A DNA stretch of 62,962 nt, the filler included, from Craspedostauros australis (Eukaryota): the NCBI GenBank assembly GCA_030167865.1. It is 11 parts of 11 records of this genome, joined end to end, with 100 filler letters (N's around TTAATTAATTAA, not from the genome) between each part and the next. Parts side by side here need not be neighbours in the genome. Positions count along the whole stretch, not along the records: positions 38,887 to 45,822 come from JALAGF010002705.1; positions 45,923 to 47,286 come from JALAGF010002706.1; positions 47,387 to 50,680 come from JALAGF010002707.1; positions 50,781 to 57,144 come from JALAGF010002708.1; 7 more parts are not named here. One strand, given 5' to 3'. Shown here in pieces: positions 45,807-56,801 of the stretch; position 1 is the stretch's first letter, and the number at the start of each line of letters is the position of its first letter. The notes under the pieces are model-generated. The model was not told the DNA's origin, made no database searches, and saw only the letters and a list, made by a program, of their open reading frames with translations. Position numbers and translations under genes: made by a program.

Positions 45807-47385
45807 GTTGTTGCTATTGATTNNNNNNNNNNNNNNNNNNNNNNNNNNNNNNNNNNNNNNNNNNNNTTAATTAATTAANNNNNNNNNNNNNNNNNNNNNN
45901 NNNNNNNNNNNNNNNNNNNNNNAACCAGTTTCCCGAAACGACACGCACTGTGACTATCAATAACGTCTGAAACTAACGGCCCGAAATATGACCGACGTCA
46001 CCGACCTTGAACTAATATTAGAATCAAGAGGGTCGTAAGCAAGACTAGAAAGGAAAATGTATTTTTCTAAATGGTTCCTGTGCTCCTTCGTCTCATTCAT
46101 CCAACCGACAGTCACATTTTGTTCGTCACATCGGCATCGGCATCCCTGAGCTGTGCCCGTCTCATCTGTTTCATTCATCTGCGTCGGAGGCGTTGCCATT
46201 GAGAATGTCGACTTGTTTGTCCCTTGATGAACTAGACGAAATGATATATTGTATTCCTCCGTTCCGAAATGATTGCAACTTATCGTTTTTGTCATCGGTT
46301 CGACGCCGTGTCGTAGTGCCCAACTTTGGGAGCTGCGGGAGACCCTTTTCCAAGTCGCCTCCCACCCTGGTCTGACGCATCCTTGTTGACCTTTGGTACC
46401 CATCGGAGTACCATCAAGAATTGGTATACTAATGTGTGTAGATACATTATGAAACGTACCATACAAACAGAGGACAGCATCTCCACATTTAGACTGCTTG
46501 TCCAGCGCCATGCCTCCACGTTTCTATCATTGAAACACTGTGCAAGAGTTGGTTCGTGTGCTTTCATTTGTCCGAATGGTCGGAAGGTTAATTCTTAACG
46601 TGACGTCACGCTCTGCTCCGTAAGTCCAAACCGTCCATCAGTTCCACAGACGAAATACAACATGGTACAACACGCGAAGAACGACGCAATGACAAAATCA
46701 CGAAACATCGATTTTCTATTTGACATTTTGTTTGTGTTCACAAGTACACAATCGATATTTGTTTGAAAGGAAACATGAGAACTTCCCTCGTGTTGTGGAC
46801 ATCGGTGTCTTCGTGACCTGTCGCAGACATCATTGCGTTCCCACCAAATAAGAACTTTGACATAACGCCACGACCCAACCGGCCAATCATGATGGTCAGT
46901 TCATGCAATGCCATAGTTATTGTTAACTGATGACGCCATCGGGCTTCCGAAGGGTTTGTCCAACACGTCACGTTGGTCGTGTTGTGAATTTTCCTTTTCC
47001 GTTTTTCGTTTCGAAGCACAATTTTTTGGTGTTGTTGTTGTAGATGCGACTCAACAACGTGATTTCTGACTGATTGCTGCACTCATCCATTTCCCGAATC
47101 GTGCAATTCTCGTGTTGTATTTGTATTAAATGGTTTTTTATTCCTGCAAAATGCCTGGTGTTGTCCAATTGTTGTTTGAATTTGTCAGTATCGTGAGTGT
47201 GCGGTGTGTATGATTTGGTGCTGACGATGGATTCAAGACTACGGAGCTGTGATGTTGTTTGTTGTGTCAGCTATTGCTGCTGTCAANNNNNNNNNNNNNN
47301 NNNNNNNNNNNNNNNNNNNNNNNNNNNNNNTTAATTAATTAANNNNNNNNNNNNNNNNNNNNNNNNNNNNNNNNNNNNNNNNNNN

Positions 47386-47869
47386 NTATGCATTCGTCGA
47401 TGCGGACCACGCACACGATCTCGTCACACGGCGATCCAACACTGGGATCATACTATTCCTTGGCAGGACCTCTGTGTACTTCACGAGCAAGAGGCAAACA
47501 TCGGTTACCACGTCAACGTACGGCGCGGAATTCAACGCTATGCGATCAGTGACGGAGGAAATCATTGCACTACGATACGNNNNNNNNNNNNNNNNNNNNN
47601 NNNNNNNNNNNNNNNNNNNNNNNNNNNNNNNNNNNNNNNNNNNNNNNNNNNNNNNNNNNNNNNNNNNNNNNNNNNNNNNNNNNNNNNNNNNNNNNNNNNN
47701 NNNNNNNNNNNNNNGTGAGGCCGTCGGCGCCGGGATACTGGTTCCAGTACACGTCCCATCGGTCCACAACTTCGCTGATATGCTCACCAAGGCATTGGCA
47801 AGGCCGCAACTAACACTTCTTGTCACCACTCTCTTCTATCCGGGTCTACCTCAAGATCAAGGGGCGTGA
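47386..47869 (+). mobile_element. Ty1/Copia (CoDi-like) pol C-terminus: RNase H domain
   Basis: AFVDADHAHDLVTRRSNTG, SKRQTSVTTSTYGAEF and NFADMLTKAL motifs. Confidence 0.93.
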
Positions 47870-48267
47870 CAACTTCTCTGTACCTTCTTACCTCTTTACT
47901 AATCATATTAGTCACAAATACTGGTCGGGGGTTTGTCTTTGGACAACTCACAATAAAAGAACAAGAGCTCCGACCAGGGCACGCAACAACGGGCCAATAC
48001 GTCTACAGTAGTTACTTGTGCACTTTGACAAGGAGCGCCGATGACTCGCTGGTCAAACCTGTTGGGAACACGATTGTTCAATCCACCGCCTTCATGCATA
48101 CTCGTAGTAGTACAACGCATCGCGCATATCCCATGTGCGGTTCTCAGGCAACCATGTTGCCGATTGGACTCCTTGGGGGATACGCGTACATCGTGACGTG
48201 CGATGGTTGCAATTGAGATTGTGATCATCTTGGTGTTCTCCCCATCACATCATCGCTGTTGGCGTCA
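47851..48267 (+). mobile_element. Polypurine tract and putative 3' LTR of the Copia element
   Basis: TCAAGATCAAGGGGCG is immediately followed by TGAC at 47867. A complementary GTCA lies at 48264-48267; this right end is uncertain. Confidence 0.5.
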
Positions 48268-48615
48268 TCATCACTTTCGTGGTTGTTTCGAGTTGACGAT
48301 CAGAGATCTCATTTGAACGCCTTTCTGACGTGTCCTTCTCATGAAAGAAGCTAATGAAGTACTTCATTGACACACAGAATTCGTGGAATTGGGAACATCT
48401 CAGCACGCGCAAAAGTGGGAAGCGAGAATCGACAATTCCCATTTGTGGTGTTCTCGTGTTCGCAACAGCGATCTTGTGGGGGTGTGTTGTGTTCTGTTCC
48501 TTCTTCTCGTTGTTGTGTGCGCCAGTTCGTAGTCAGCAAAAGGAAGGATCCGCACTCTCCGGACAGCGCTAGTGCCCTCTCCCAAACCAGGGTGCGATCA
48601 AGAAGTGGACAAACA

Positions 48616-48731
48616 GAGAAACGAGGAGAGAAACGAGGAGAGAAACGAGGAGAGAAACGAGGAGAGAAACGAGGAGAGAAACGAGGAGAGAAACGAGGAG
48701 AGAAACGAGGAGAGAAACGAGGAGAGAAACG
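48616..48731. repeat. 12-bp tandem repeat GAGAAACGAGGA x~9.5
   Basis: Read directly from the sequence; lies upstream of the ankyrin ATG. Confidence 0.95.
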
Positions 48732-48804
48732 GGAGAACATTGAAACGAGGCAACCGCACACATCACTCTATCCCATACTCCAACACATCAACAACAGACA
48801 TGTC

Positions 48805-49722
48805 ATGGGTTGCTCGAACTCCACACTTCCTCGACAGTCAATCCAACCTCAACGTCCAACGTCCAACGTCTATCGTCCAGCAACCATCGACCATCCTCTC
48901 GAAATGCAGTATGTTACGCGCAGACAACTCATTGATGCTGCCGAGGCAGGTGACTTGTCGGTGTTGGAGGAATGGAAGAAGCAGAACAAGACACAGAATG
49001 AAGGATTTGATGTCAACACGGTTACAGACTGGGGTGGTTGGACTCCCCTTCATTACGCATGCGAAAAAGGCCACCTGGAGTGTGTCAAGTACCTCATCGA
49101 ATCATGTGAGGCGAACATCAACTGCAAAACCATCTATGGTTTCACTCCCCTTCATCGGGCATGCTACTACGGCAAGCTGGAGTGTGTGAAGTACCTCATC
49201 AAATCATGTGAGGCGAACATCAACTGCAAAGATGACGATGATTCCACTCCCCTTCATACGGCATGCATGAACGGCCACCTGGAGTGTGTGAAGTACCTCA
49301 TCGAATCATGTGAGGCGAACATCAACTGCAAAACCAACGATGGTAACACTCTCCTTCATGTGGCATGCAGCAACGGTCACCTGGAGTGTGTAGAGTACCT
49401 CATCGAATCATGTGAGGCGAACATCAACTGCAAAACCAACGATGGTAACACTCCCCTTCATTGGGCATGCTACAGAGGCGAGCTGGAGTGTATGAAGTAC
49501 CTCATCGAATCATGTGGGGCGAACATCAACTGCCAAAACAACGATGGTTACACTCCCCTTCATAAGGCATGCCGCTACAGCTACCTGGAGTGTATGGAGT
49601 CCCTCATCAGAGGACTTTCGCCTTCAGCTCACCCACAACTGCAACAACTGCAGCAGCGCTTACAACAAAACGAACAAGCAAATGAACAACCACAAGAACA
49701 GTTGGGACAGCAGTTGAAGTGA
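48805..49722 (+). CDS. Ankyrin-repeat protein (six 34-aa repeats) with MGCxxS N-acylation motif
   Basis: TPLHxACxxGxLECVKYLIESCEANINCK units at a 102-bp period: 49042, 49144, 49246, 49348, 49450, 49552. Confidence 0.92.
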   Translation: MGCSNSTLPRQSIQPQRPTSNVYRPATIDHPLEMQYVTRRQLIDAAEAGDLSVLEEWKKQNKTQNEGFDVNTVTDWGGWTPLHYACEKGHLECVKYLIESCEANINCKTIYGFTPLHRACYYGKLECVKYLIKSCEANINCKDDDDSTPLHTACMNGHLECVKYLIESCEANINCKTNDGNTLLHVACSNGHLECVEYLIESCEANINCKTNDGNTPLHWACYRGELECMKYLIESCGANINCQNNDGYTPLHKACRYSYLECMESLIRGLSPSAHPQLQQLQQRLQQNEQANEQPQEQLGQQLK

Positions 49723-49817
49723 AAGGAGCAAGAGAATGAACACAAACACAGCAGCAACAAGAGGACCAACATCAACATTGGAGAAGATCGGCCATATCCT
49801 TCCAAACCGAGGACAGG

Positions 49818-50468
49818 ACAGACACCATCTTCTTGTGTGGACAGGGCGACCAACAACAACTAACCAAGGCAAACGCCCAAGCCCTCATCATCACACTCCC
49901 ATCCATTGAGACACTGATCGAGAAAGGAACCCAACTTCACCGCGCGAATGATGACGCTCACGGTGGAACTGAACCCATGCAAACAACCATCCCTCTTCCC
50001 AATCTTCAACCAAAACACATCCGATATGTCCTCCAATGTATCTACACAGCCAAGATATCTTTCAATGACAGCGTTCGTGACAACGCTGCTGCTCACACCG
50101 GCACTCATGTTGGCGCTCACACCAACGCTCACCACGATGCAGATGCCTCTCACCAGCCAACTTCCATCCTCACTGGACAGGACGATCGGCAACAGCTGAT
50201 CCTTGTGGCCAACGAGTTCGGCTTCTGGCTACTCAAGCTTGTTCTGGAAATGGAGTTGGCCCACAAGCATCTCACAGAGGACACCANNNNNNNNNNGTTG
50301 ATATTCGCTGATCAACACAACTGCGTGGTGTCGAACGATACAGCAATGAGAGTGGCAGCTGAAAGTGAGAAAGATATGTCCACTCATCTAGATTTAAGCA
50401 AACTGATTCTGCAACCCCCAACTGATGATAAGTATTTTTGTCCTCCGCGGTGGGAGAACGGAGAGTGA
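49818..50468 (+). pseudogene. BTB/POZ-BACK-like domain, out of frame with the upstream ankyrin ORF
   Basis: DTIFLCG, IPLPNLQPKHIRYVLQCIYT, LILVANEFGFWLLKLVLE and LIFADQHNC resemble BTB plus BACK. It is separated from the ankyrin ORF by TGA at 49720 and a frame change. Confidence 0.6.
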
Positions 50469-51393
50469 TGGTATTGATGAGTACAGTCGTATGTTCATGG
50501 TGGAGCTGTACAAGGTTGTAGATGAGGATGAGGGCACAGTACTATATCTGCTCGTGCAATAGAACGCTGTGATAAAGGCACCAGATGTTTGAAGAGATTG
50601 AAGGGCTGGATACTGCTTCCACGCTACCTCCTCCTTGTCTATGACTTGTCCGGTCCGCTCTCTACAGTACATACGCACACNNNNNNNNNNNNNNNNNNNN
50701 NNNNNNNNNNNNNNNNNNNNNNNNTTAATTAATTAANNNNNNNNNNNNNNNNNNNNNNNNNNNNNNNNNNNNNNNNNNNNATGTTCATCTCACATTAACG
50801 TGGTTGCACGTGTTATCACATGTTGTTTGTGTTGTACTCATGCATCACTATCTCCATCACCAAGGTGATTCAGAGTGTGGTTCTTGTTGTCACACGTGTG
50901 TACGAGCATGGTGAACATGTGTGTGTGCTTACATGTACATGACACTGTGTATTGCAAGTACTGGTTGATGTTGAGTACTTTGATCATCAATATCTCACCT
51001 TGTAGAGGTCCGTTGAACATGGTAGAAGTATTGACGTGTTCGTATGGACGTGGTGCGTCTGTGTGTACACGTAGATGTACGTGATCATGTGTTCATCATG
51101 GTGTAGCGTGCTGTACATGTTTAACACGGTGTATCGCGTGGCTCGTAGTATCTCGTGTTGTTTGGGAGTTGCGGATGATGAACATTCGTCCGCACTTTCG
51201 GGGAGTTGCGGATCATCGACATTTTCCATACAAAAACGTCCGTACGTCGACCGTGTATATTGCGTGCCCATACAAACGTCTGTACGTCGTCCGTCAATCG
51301 ACCCAAACCTCGGTCTGGCCGTCGTACGTCACCGTGTTAAATCCTCGTACATTAGGGTTTGATTCGATGCACCTGCGGACCCTCTGGCGATAG

Positions 51394-51411
51394 TTAGGGT
51401 TAGGGTTAGGG
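51394..51411 (+). repeat. Telomere-type (TTAGGG)3
   Basis: Read directly. Further TTAGGG units occur at ~53540, 53775-53814 (TTAGGGTG variant), ~53988-54015, ~54390 and 56790-56801. Confidence 0.85.
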
Positions 51412-51761
51412 TTTATAAAAGCCGGAACCTGTGAAAGTCAAGGATGATATTTTTGGCTTTTTTGTTGTTGATGGTGTGGAGGGGAGTTTTGGGTGGCTGT
51501 AGTGACGCTCGCTTTTGTCAACGGATGGATATTGAGCGAGCGGTGGGGTGTTGAAGTTTGTCACTATTTTGGTGTTGATTAGGGGTATTTTGGGAGGTGT
51601 GGGACATGGACATTGGGTGGTACATTTGGGAGTTGCGGGAAATGGCGATATGGTGTCAATTAACGTCTGTACGTCGTCCGTAGTGGATTGGGTTGTGGAT
51701 AATTGGTCTGTCATTCGTCGGAGTGTGTGTGTGTACAGTGATTGGTCTGTACGTCGTTCGT

Positions 51762-52082
51762 TGTGTAGTGTGGTGTGTAGTGTGGTGTGTAATGTGTTGT
51801 GCAGTGAGTTGTGTAGTGTGCTATGCAGTGTGTTGTGCAGTGTGTTGTGCAGTGTGTTGTGCAGTGTGTTGTGCAGTGTGTTGTGCAGTGTGTTGTGCAG
51901 TGTGTTGTGCAGTGTGTTGTGCAGTGTGTTGTGCAGTGTGTTGTGCAGTGTGTTGTGCAGTGTGTTGTGCAGTGTGTTGTGCAGTGTGTTGTGCAGTGTG
52001 TTGTGCAGTGTGTTGTGCAGTGTGTTGTGCAGTGTGTTGTGCAGTGTGCTGTGCAGTGTGCTGTGCAGTGTGCTGTGTAGTG
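51762..52082. repeat. 12-bp satellite (TGTGCAGTGTGT)n, ~20+ copies with degenerate ends
   Basis: Read directly from the sequence. Confidence 0.97.
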
Positions 52083-52296
52083 TGATGTGGTGTGTGATGT
52101 GGTGTGGTGTGGTGTGGTGTGTAGTGTTGGTCTTTTAGTCATTGGTTGTGTGTTGTTCACTGTGACCGTGTGAGTGTGCGAGGGTGAGTGTGCAAGGGTG
52201 AGTGTGTGTGAGAGTGTGGGAGAGTGTGTGCGAGTGTGTGTTTGAGTGAGTGTGAGTGTGAGTGCGAGCATGAGTGTGTGTTTGAGTGTGTGTTTG

Positions 52297-52470
52297 AGTG
52301 ATAGTGTGAGTGTTAGTGTGAGTGTTAGTGTGAGTGATAGTGTGAGTGATAGTGTGAGTGATAGCGTGAGTGATAGTGTGAGTGTTAGTGTGAGTGATAG
52401 TGTGAGTGATAGTGTGAGTGATAGTGTGAGTGATAGTGTGAGTGATAGTGTGAGTGATAGTGTGAGTGTG
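52297..52470. repeat. 12-bp satellite (AGTGTGAGTG[A/T]T)n
   Basis: Read directly from the sequence. Confidence 0.95.
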
Positions 52471-53119
52471 TGCCATTGCTGCTCATGTGTGTCTTGAGTG
52501 TAGTAACGTCCTTGTATTATGGGTTATCGTGCATTGGTGTGTTGTGTGATTGAGTTTTGGCTTTGTGGGCATTGTTCGGGCGCTTGTGTGTGCATGTTTT
52601 TGCTGCCAGTGTGCTGGGGGCTATTAGCAACATTCTTTTTTGGGTTGTTGTGCATTGGGGTGTAGTGAGCTGTGTCTTGATGTATGATTGGTGCTGTCAA
52701 TTGTTAGGGTGATGCTTTTGTGTCCTGGATTATTGTGCTTTGGCCTGTAGTGAGCAGTGTCTTAGTGTATGATGGGTGCTGGAAGTTTCCCTGTTCTTTT
52801 GTGTGGTTGGTTATCATGCATTTGCATTTAGTGAGCAGTTGGTGTCATGTTGTGCCATGAACTTGTCTCTGTGCATGCCTTGTGTGTCTTGTGTGCCTTG
52901 TGTGTCTTTGCTACTCGTGTATTGAGGGTTAGGGGTTATTAGTGATGTTGTATCTTGGTTTTTTGTGCATTTCCTTGTTGTGAGCAGTGTGTGAGCAGTG
53001 TGTGCACACTGTATGGGCACTGTATGGGCAGTGTGTTGTGATTTGGCTATTCAAGCTTGTAGGGAACCATGTGATCAGTGTGTGTGCACTGTGTGCACTG
53101 TCTGTGTGTGCATGTTGGC

Positions 53120-55290
53120 CAGTGACTGCAAGTGACTGCAAGTGACTGCAAGTGTGAAATATTGTGAAACATTGTGATCCAACATGGTCCATCTTTGAGG
53201 CTGATAATGAACATCGTGAAGTTGCCAGCTGCATGTGATATGGTGGTGGAGTATTGCGCGTGCCATGGGGCACGTGTGAACGTTGTGAGATGTGCGATTA
53301 TTACAGTTGGAGGTGTTGAGAGAGAAGCCGGAAATGACTGCAAGTGTGAAATGCTAGGGTGTTAGGGCTTTGTGATCCACCATCCACCGTGCTCAATCAT
53401 GATCCATCTTTGAGTGTGACAACATGCATCATGGAGTTGCTGGCCGCATGTGATATGGATGTGGCATGTCATGCGTGCCATTGGGCATGTGTGAACGTTG
53501 TGAGATGTGCAAGTATCGTTGTTGATGGTGTTGACAGAGTTAGGGTTAGCCAGAAATGGCTGCATGTGTGAGATATTGTGATCCATCATGGTCCATCATG
53601 ATCCATGTCTGAGTGTGAAACTGAGCATCATGTTGTTGCTGACCAGATGTGATACGGATATGGTGTATTATGTATTGTGCGTGCCATGTGGCGTGTGTGA
53701 GCTTTGTGGCATGTGCGAGTATCATTGTTGGTGTTGTTGTGAGAGGGGCCGGAAGCAACCACCAGTTTGAGATGCTAGGGTGTTAGGGTGTTAGGGTGTT
53801 AGGGTGTTAGGGTGTTGTGATCCACCATGGTCCGTCTTTGAGTGTGACAGTAACAATGAACATCATGGAGTTGCCAGCCACATGTGATACGGATGTGGTG
53901 TATTGTGTATTGTGTATTGTACGTGCCATGGGGCGTGTGTGAGCGTTGTGGGATGTGCAAGTATCGTAGCTGATGGTGTTGTGAGAGTTAGGGTTAGCCA
54001 TTAGGGTTAGGGTTAGTGACAGCAACTGTGAGAATTCATGCTCCACCATGATCCACATTTGAGCATGTCAACAAGCATCAAAGCGTTGCCAGCCATAAGT
54101 GATATGGATGTGACGTATTGTGCGTCCTTTGTAGTGTGTGAGATTGTTGTAGGATGTGTGGGTATCGTTGTTGATGGTGTTGTGAGAGGGACCGGAAGTA
54201 TCAGCAAAGTTTGAGATTTTGTGGTCCATCATGGTCCATCTTTGAGTCTTACAATGAGCATCTTGTAGTTGCCAGCTGCATGTGACATGGATGTGGCATG
54301 TCATGCGTTCCATGGGGCGCGTGTATGCCATGGGGCGCGTGTATGCAATGTTGGACGTGCGAGTGTTGCAGTTGATGGTGTTTTGAGAGTTAGGGTTAGC
54401 CAGAAGCATTGTATTGGCAAGTGCATGATTAAGTGGTCCATCATCCACCATGGTCCATGTTTGAGTGTGACAATAACAATGAGCATCAGGGAGTTGCCAA
54501 CTGCATGTGTTATGGATGTGGTGCATTGTGCATTGTGCATTGTGCGTGTCATGGGACGTGTGTATGCGATGTTGGACGTGCAAGTATCGTTGTTGATGGT
54601 GTTGTGAGAGGGACCGGAAGTATCTGCAAGTATGTGATCCATCATCCACCATGATCCATCTTTGAGTGTGACAATGAGCATCATGGAGTTGCTGACCAGA
54701 TGTGATATGAATGTGGCATGTCATGCGTGCCATTGGGCATGTGCGAACATTGTGAGATGCGCGAGCATTGCAGTTGGTAGTGTTGACAGAGGGGCCGGAA
54801 GTATCTGCAAGTATGTGATTTTGTGATCCATCATCCATCATGATCCATCTTTGAGTGTGACAGTAACAACAAGCATCATGGAGTTGCCAACCACATGTGC
54901 CACGCTTCTTCCATGTCATATATGGTGTGGGACGCCTCCTGGCATTGTTGGATGTGTGACTACCGCAATCAGAGGTGTGAAGAGAGAAGCCAGAAGTGAC
55001 TGCAAGTGTGAGATAATGTGATCCACCATCCACCATCCACCATCCACCATCCACCATGGTCCATCCACCATGGTCCATCCACCATGGTCCATCCACCATG
55101 GTCCATCTTTTGAGTGTGATGGTAACAACAAGCATCATCGAGTGGCTGGCCACATGTTCCATGCTTGCATCGGGTCATTCGTGGTGTGGGACGCCTCCTG
55201 GCGTTGTTGGATGTGTTGTTGGATGTGTGACTACCACAATCAGAGGTGTTGATAGAGAAGCCGGAAGTGACTGCAAGTGTGTGTTGTGTG
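53120..55290. repeat. Diverged tandem satellite, ~10 units of ~185-260 bp
   Basis: The anchor CCATCTTTGAGTGTGAC and variants occur at ~53188, 53404, 53603, 53832, 54053, 54236, 54455, 54656, 54845 and 55103. Confidence 0.9.
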
Positions 55291-55489
55291 GTGATTGATG
55301 ACAGTTGCTGTGCATTCCATTTGAGCGTATGAGTTGTGTATGGCTAATGGAATTGTATTGATAGTGTGTCAGCTGCTCCACAGTGTGTTCCAACCGTGTG
55401 TGAGTGTGTGTCAGCCATTCCACAGTGTGTTCCAACCATGTGTGTGAGTGTGTGAGTGTGTGAGTGTGTGAGTGTGTGAGTGTGTGAGT

Positions 55490-56801
55490 GTGTGATGAAT
55501 TTGTATCAAGGGTTAGGTTGGGCGATACTTTCAGGAGTTAGTTAGGGTATGCGCGGTTGGGGGTGGGGTATAGGAATAGAAATTGGCTAATGTGTGTTGT
55601 ATGGTGAGTGATGGTTAGGGTCAGGGTGTTAGGGTGTTAATGTGTGATGATTTTGTATCAAGGGTTAACGTGTGATGAACTTGTATCAAGGGCTAGGGTG
55701 TTAATGGGTGATGAATTTGTATCAAGGGTTGGGTGAGCAATACTTGCAGCAGTTAGTTGGTCGGTTGGGGGTGGGGTATAGGAATGGATATTGGCCAATG
55801 TGTGTTGTGCTGTGAGTGATGGTAAGGGTTGGGGCTTTATGAACTTGTATCAAGGGCTAGGGTGTTAATGTGTGATGAATTTGTATCAAGGGCTAGGGTG
55901 TTAATGTGTGATGAATTTGTATCAAGGGTTAGGTTGGGCGATGAATTTGTATCGGTTAGGGTTGGGTGGGCAATACTTGCAGCAGTTAGTTGCGTGGTTG
56001 GGGGTGGGGTATAGGAATAGATATCAGCCAATGTTCGTTGTATGGTGAGTGATGGTAAGGGTTGGGGCTTTATGAACTTGTAGCGTTAGGGTTAGTAGGG
56101 TGATGAATATGTATCAAGGGTAAGGGTGTTAATGTGTTAATGTGTGATGAATTTGTATCAAGGGTTAGGTTGGGCAATACTTTTAGGAGTTAGTTGCGTG
56201 GTTGGGGGTGGGGTATAGGAATAGAAATCAGCCAATGTGCATTGTATGGTGAGTGATGAAAAGGGTTACAGCATTTTGAACTTGTAGCAAGGGTTAATGG
56301 GTGATGAATTTGTATCAAGGGTCAGGGTGTTAATGTGTTAATGTGTGATGAACTTGTATCAAGGGTTTGTTTGGGCAATACTTTTAGGAGTTAGTTGCGT
56401 GGTTGGGGGTGGGGTATAGGAATGGATATCAGCCAATGTGTGTTGTATGGTGAGTGATGGCAAGGGTCAGGGGCTTTATGAACTTGTGGCAAGGGTGAAT
56501 GGCTGACAAATTTGTTAGAGTGTTAATGTGTGATGAATTGGTATCAAGGGTTAGTTGGGGCAATACTTGCAGCAGTTAGTTGCATGGTTGGGGGTGGGGT
56601 ATAGGAATAGATTTTGGCCAATGTGTGTTGTATGGTGAGTGATGAAAAGGGTTAGGGTGTTAGGGTGTTAATGTGTGATGAATTGGTATCAAGGGTTAAT
56701 TTTGTGATGAATTTGTATCAAGGGTTAATGTGCGATGAATTGGTATCAAGGGTTAGGGCAGGCAATACTTCCAGCAGTTAGTTGGGTGGTTAGGGTTAGG
56801 G
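55490..56801. repeat. Second tandem satellite, ~200-bp units with ~25-35 bp subrepeats
   Basis: GGTTGGGGGTGGGGTATAGGAAT occurs at ~55556, 55763, 55996, 56199, 56401 and 56586. The subunit GTGATGAATTTGTATCAAGGG recurs 1-4 times per unit. Confidence 0.9.

Noticed and set aside
45923..47286. Contig with short ORFs
   Set aside because: No recognisable domain or repeat structure.
48367..48804. N-terminal extension of the ankyrin ORF with RGEK repeats
   Set aside because: It starts at a non-ATG codon and crosses a VNTR; ATG 48805 (MGCSNS) is the better start.
51548..52497. ORFs with SVLC/THCT/SDSV repeats
   Set aside because: These are translations of 12-bp satellites that are open in many frames, with no coding evidence.
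53120..56801. CRISPR-like repeat-spacer array
   Set aside because: The intervening sequences are homologous to each other rather than unique spacers, there are no cas genes, and the context is eukaryotic.
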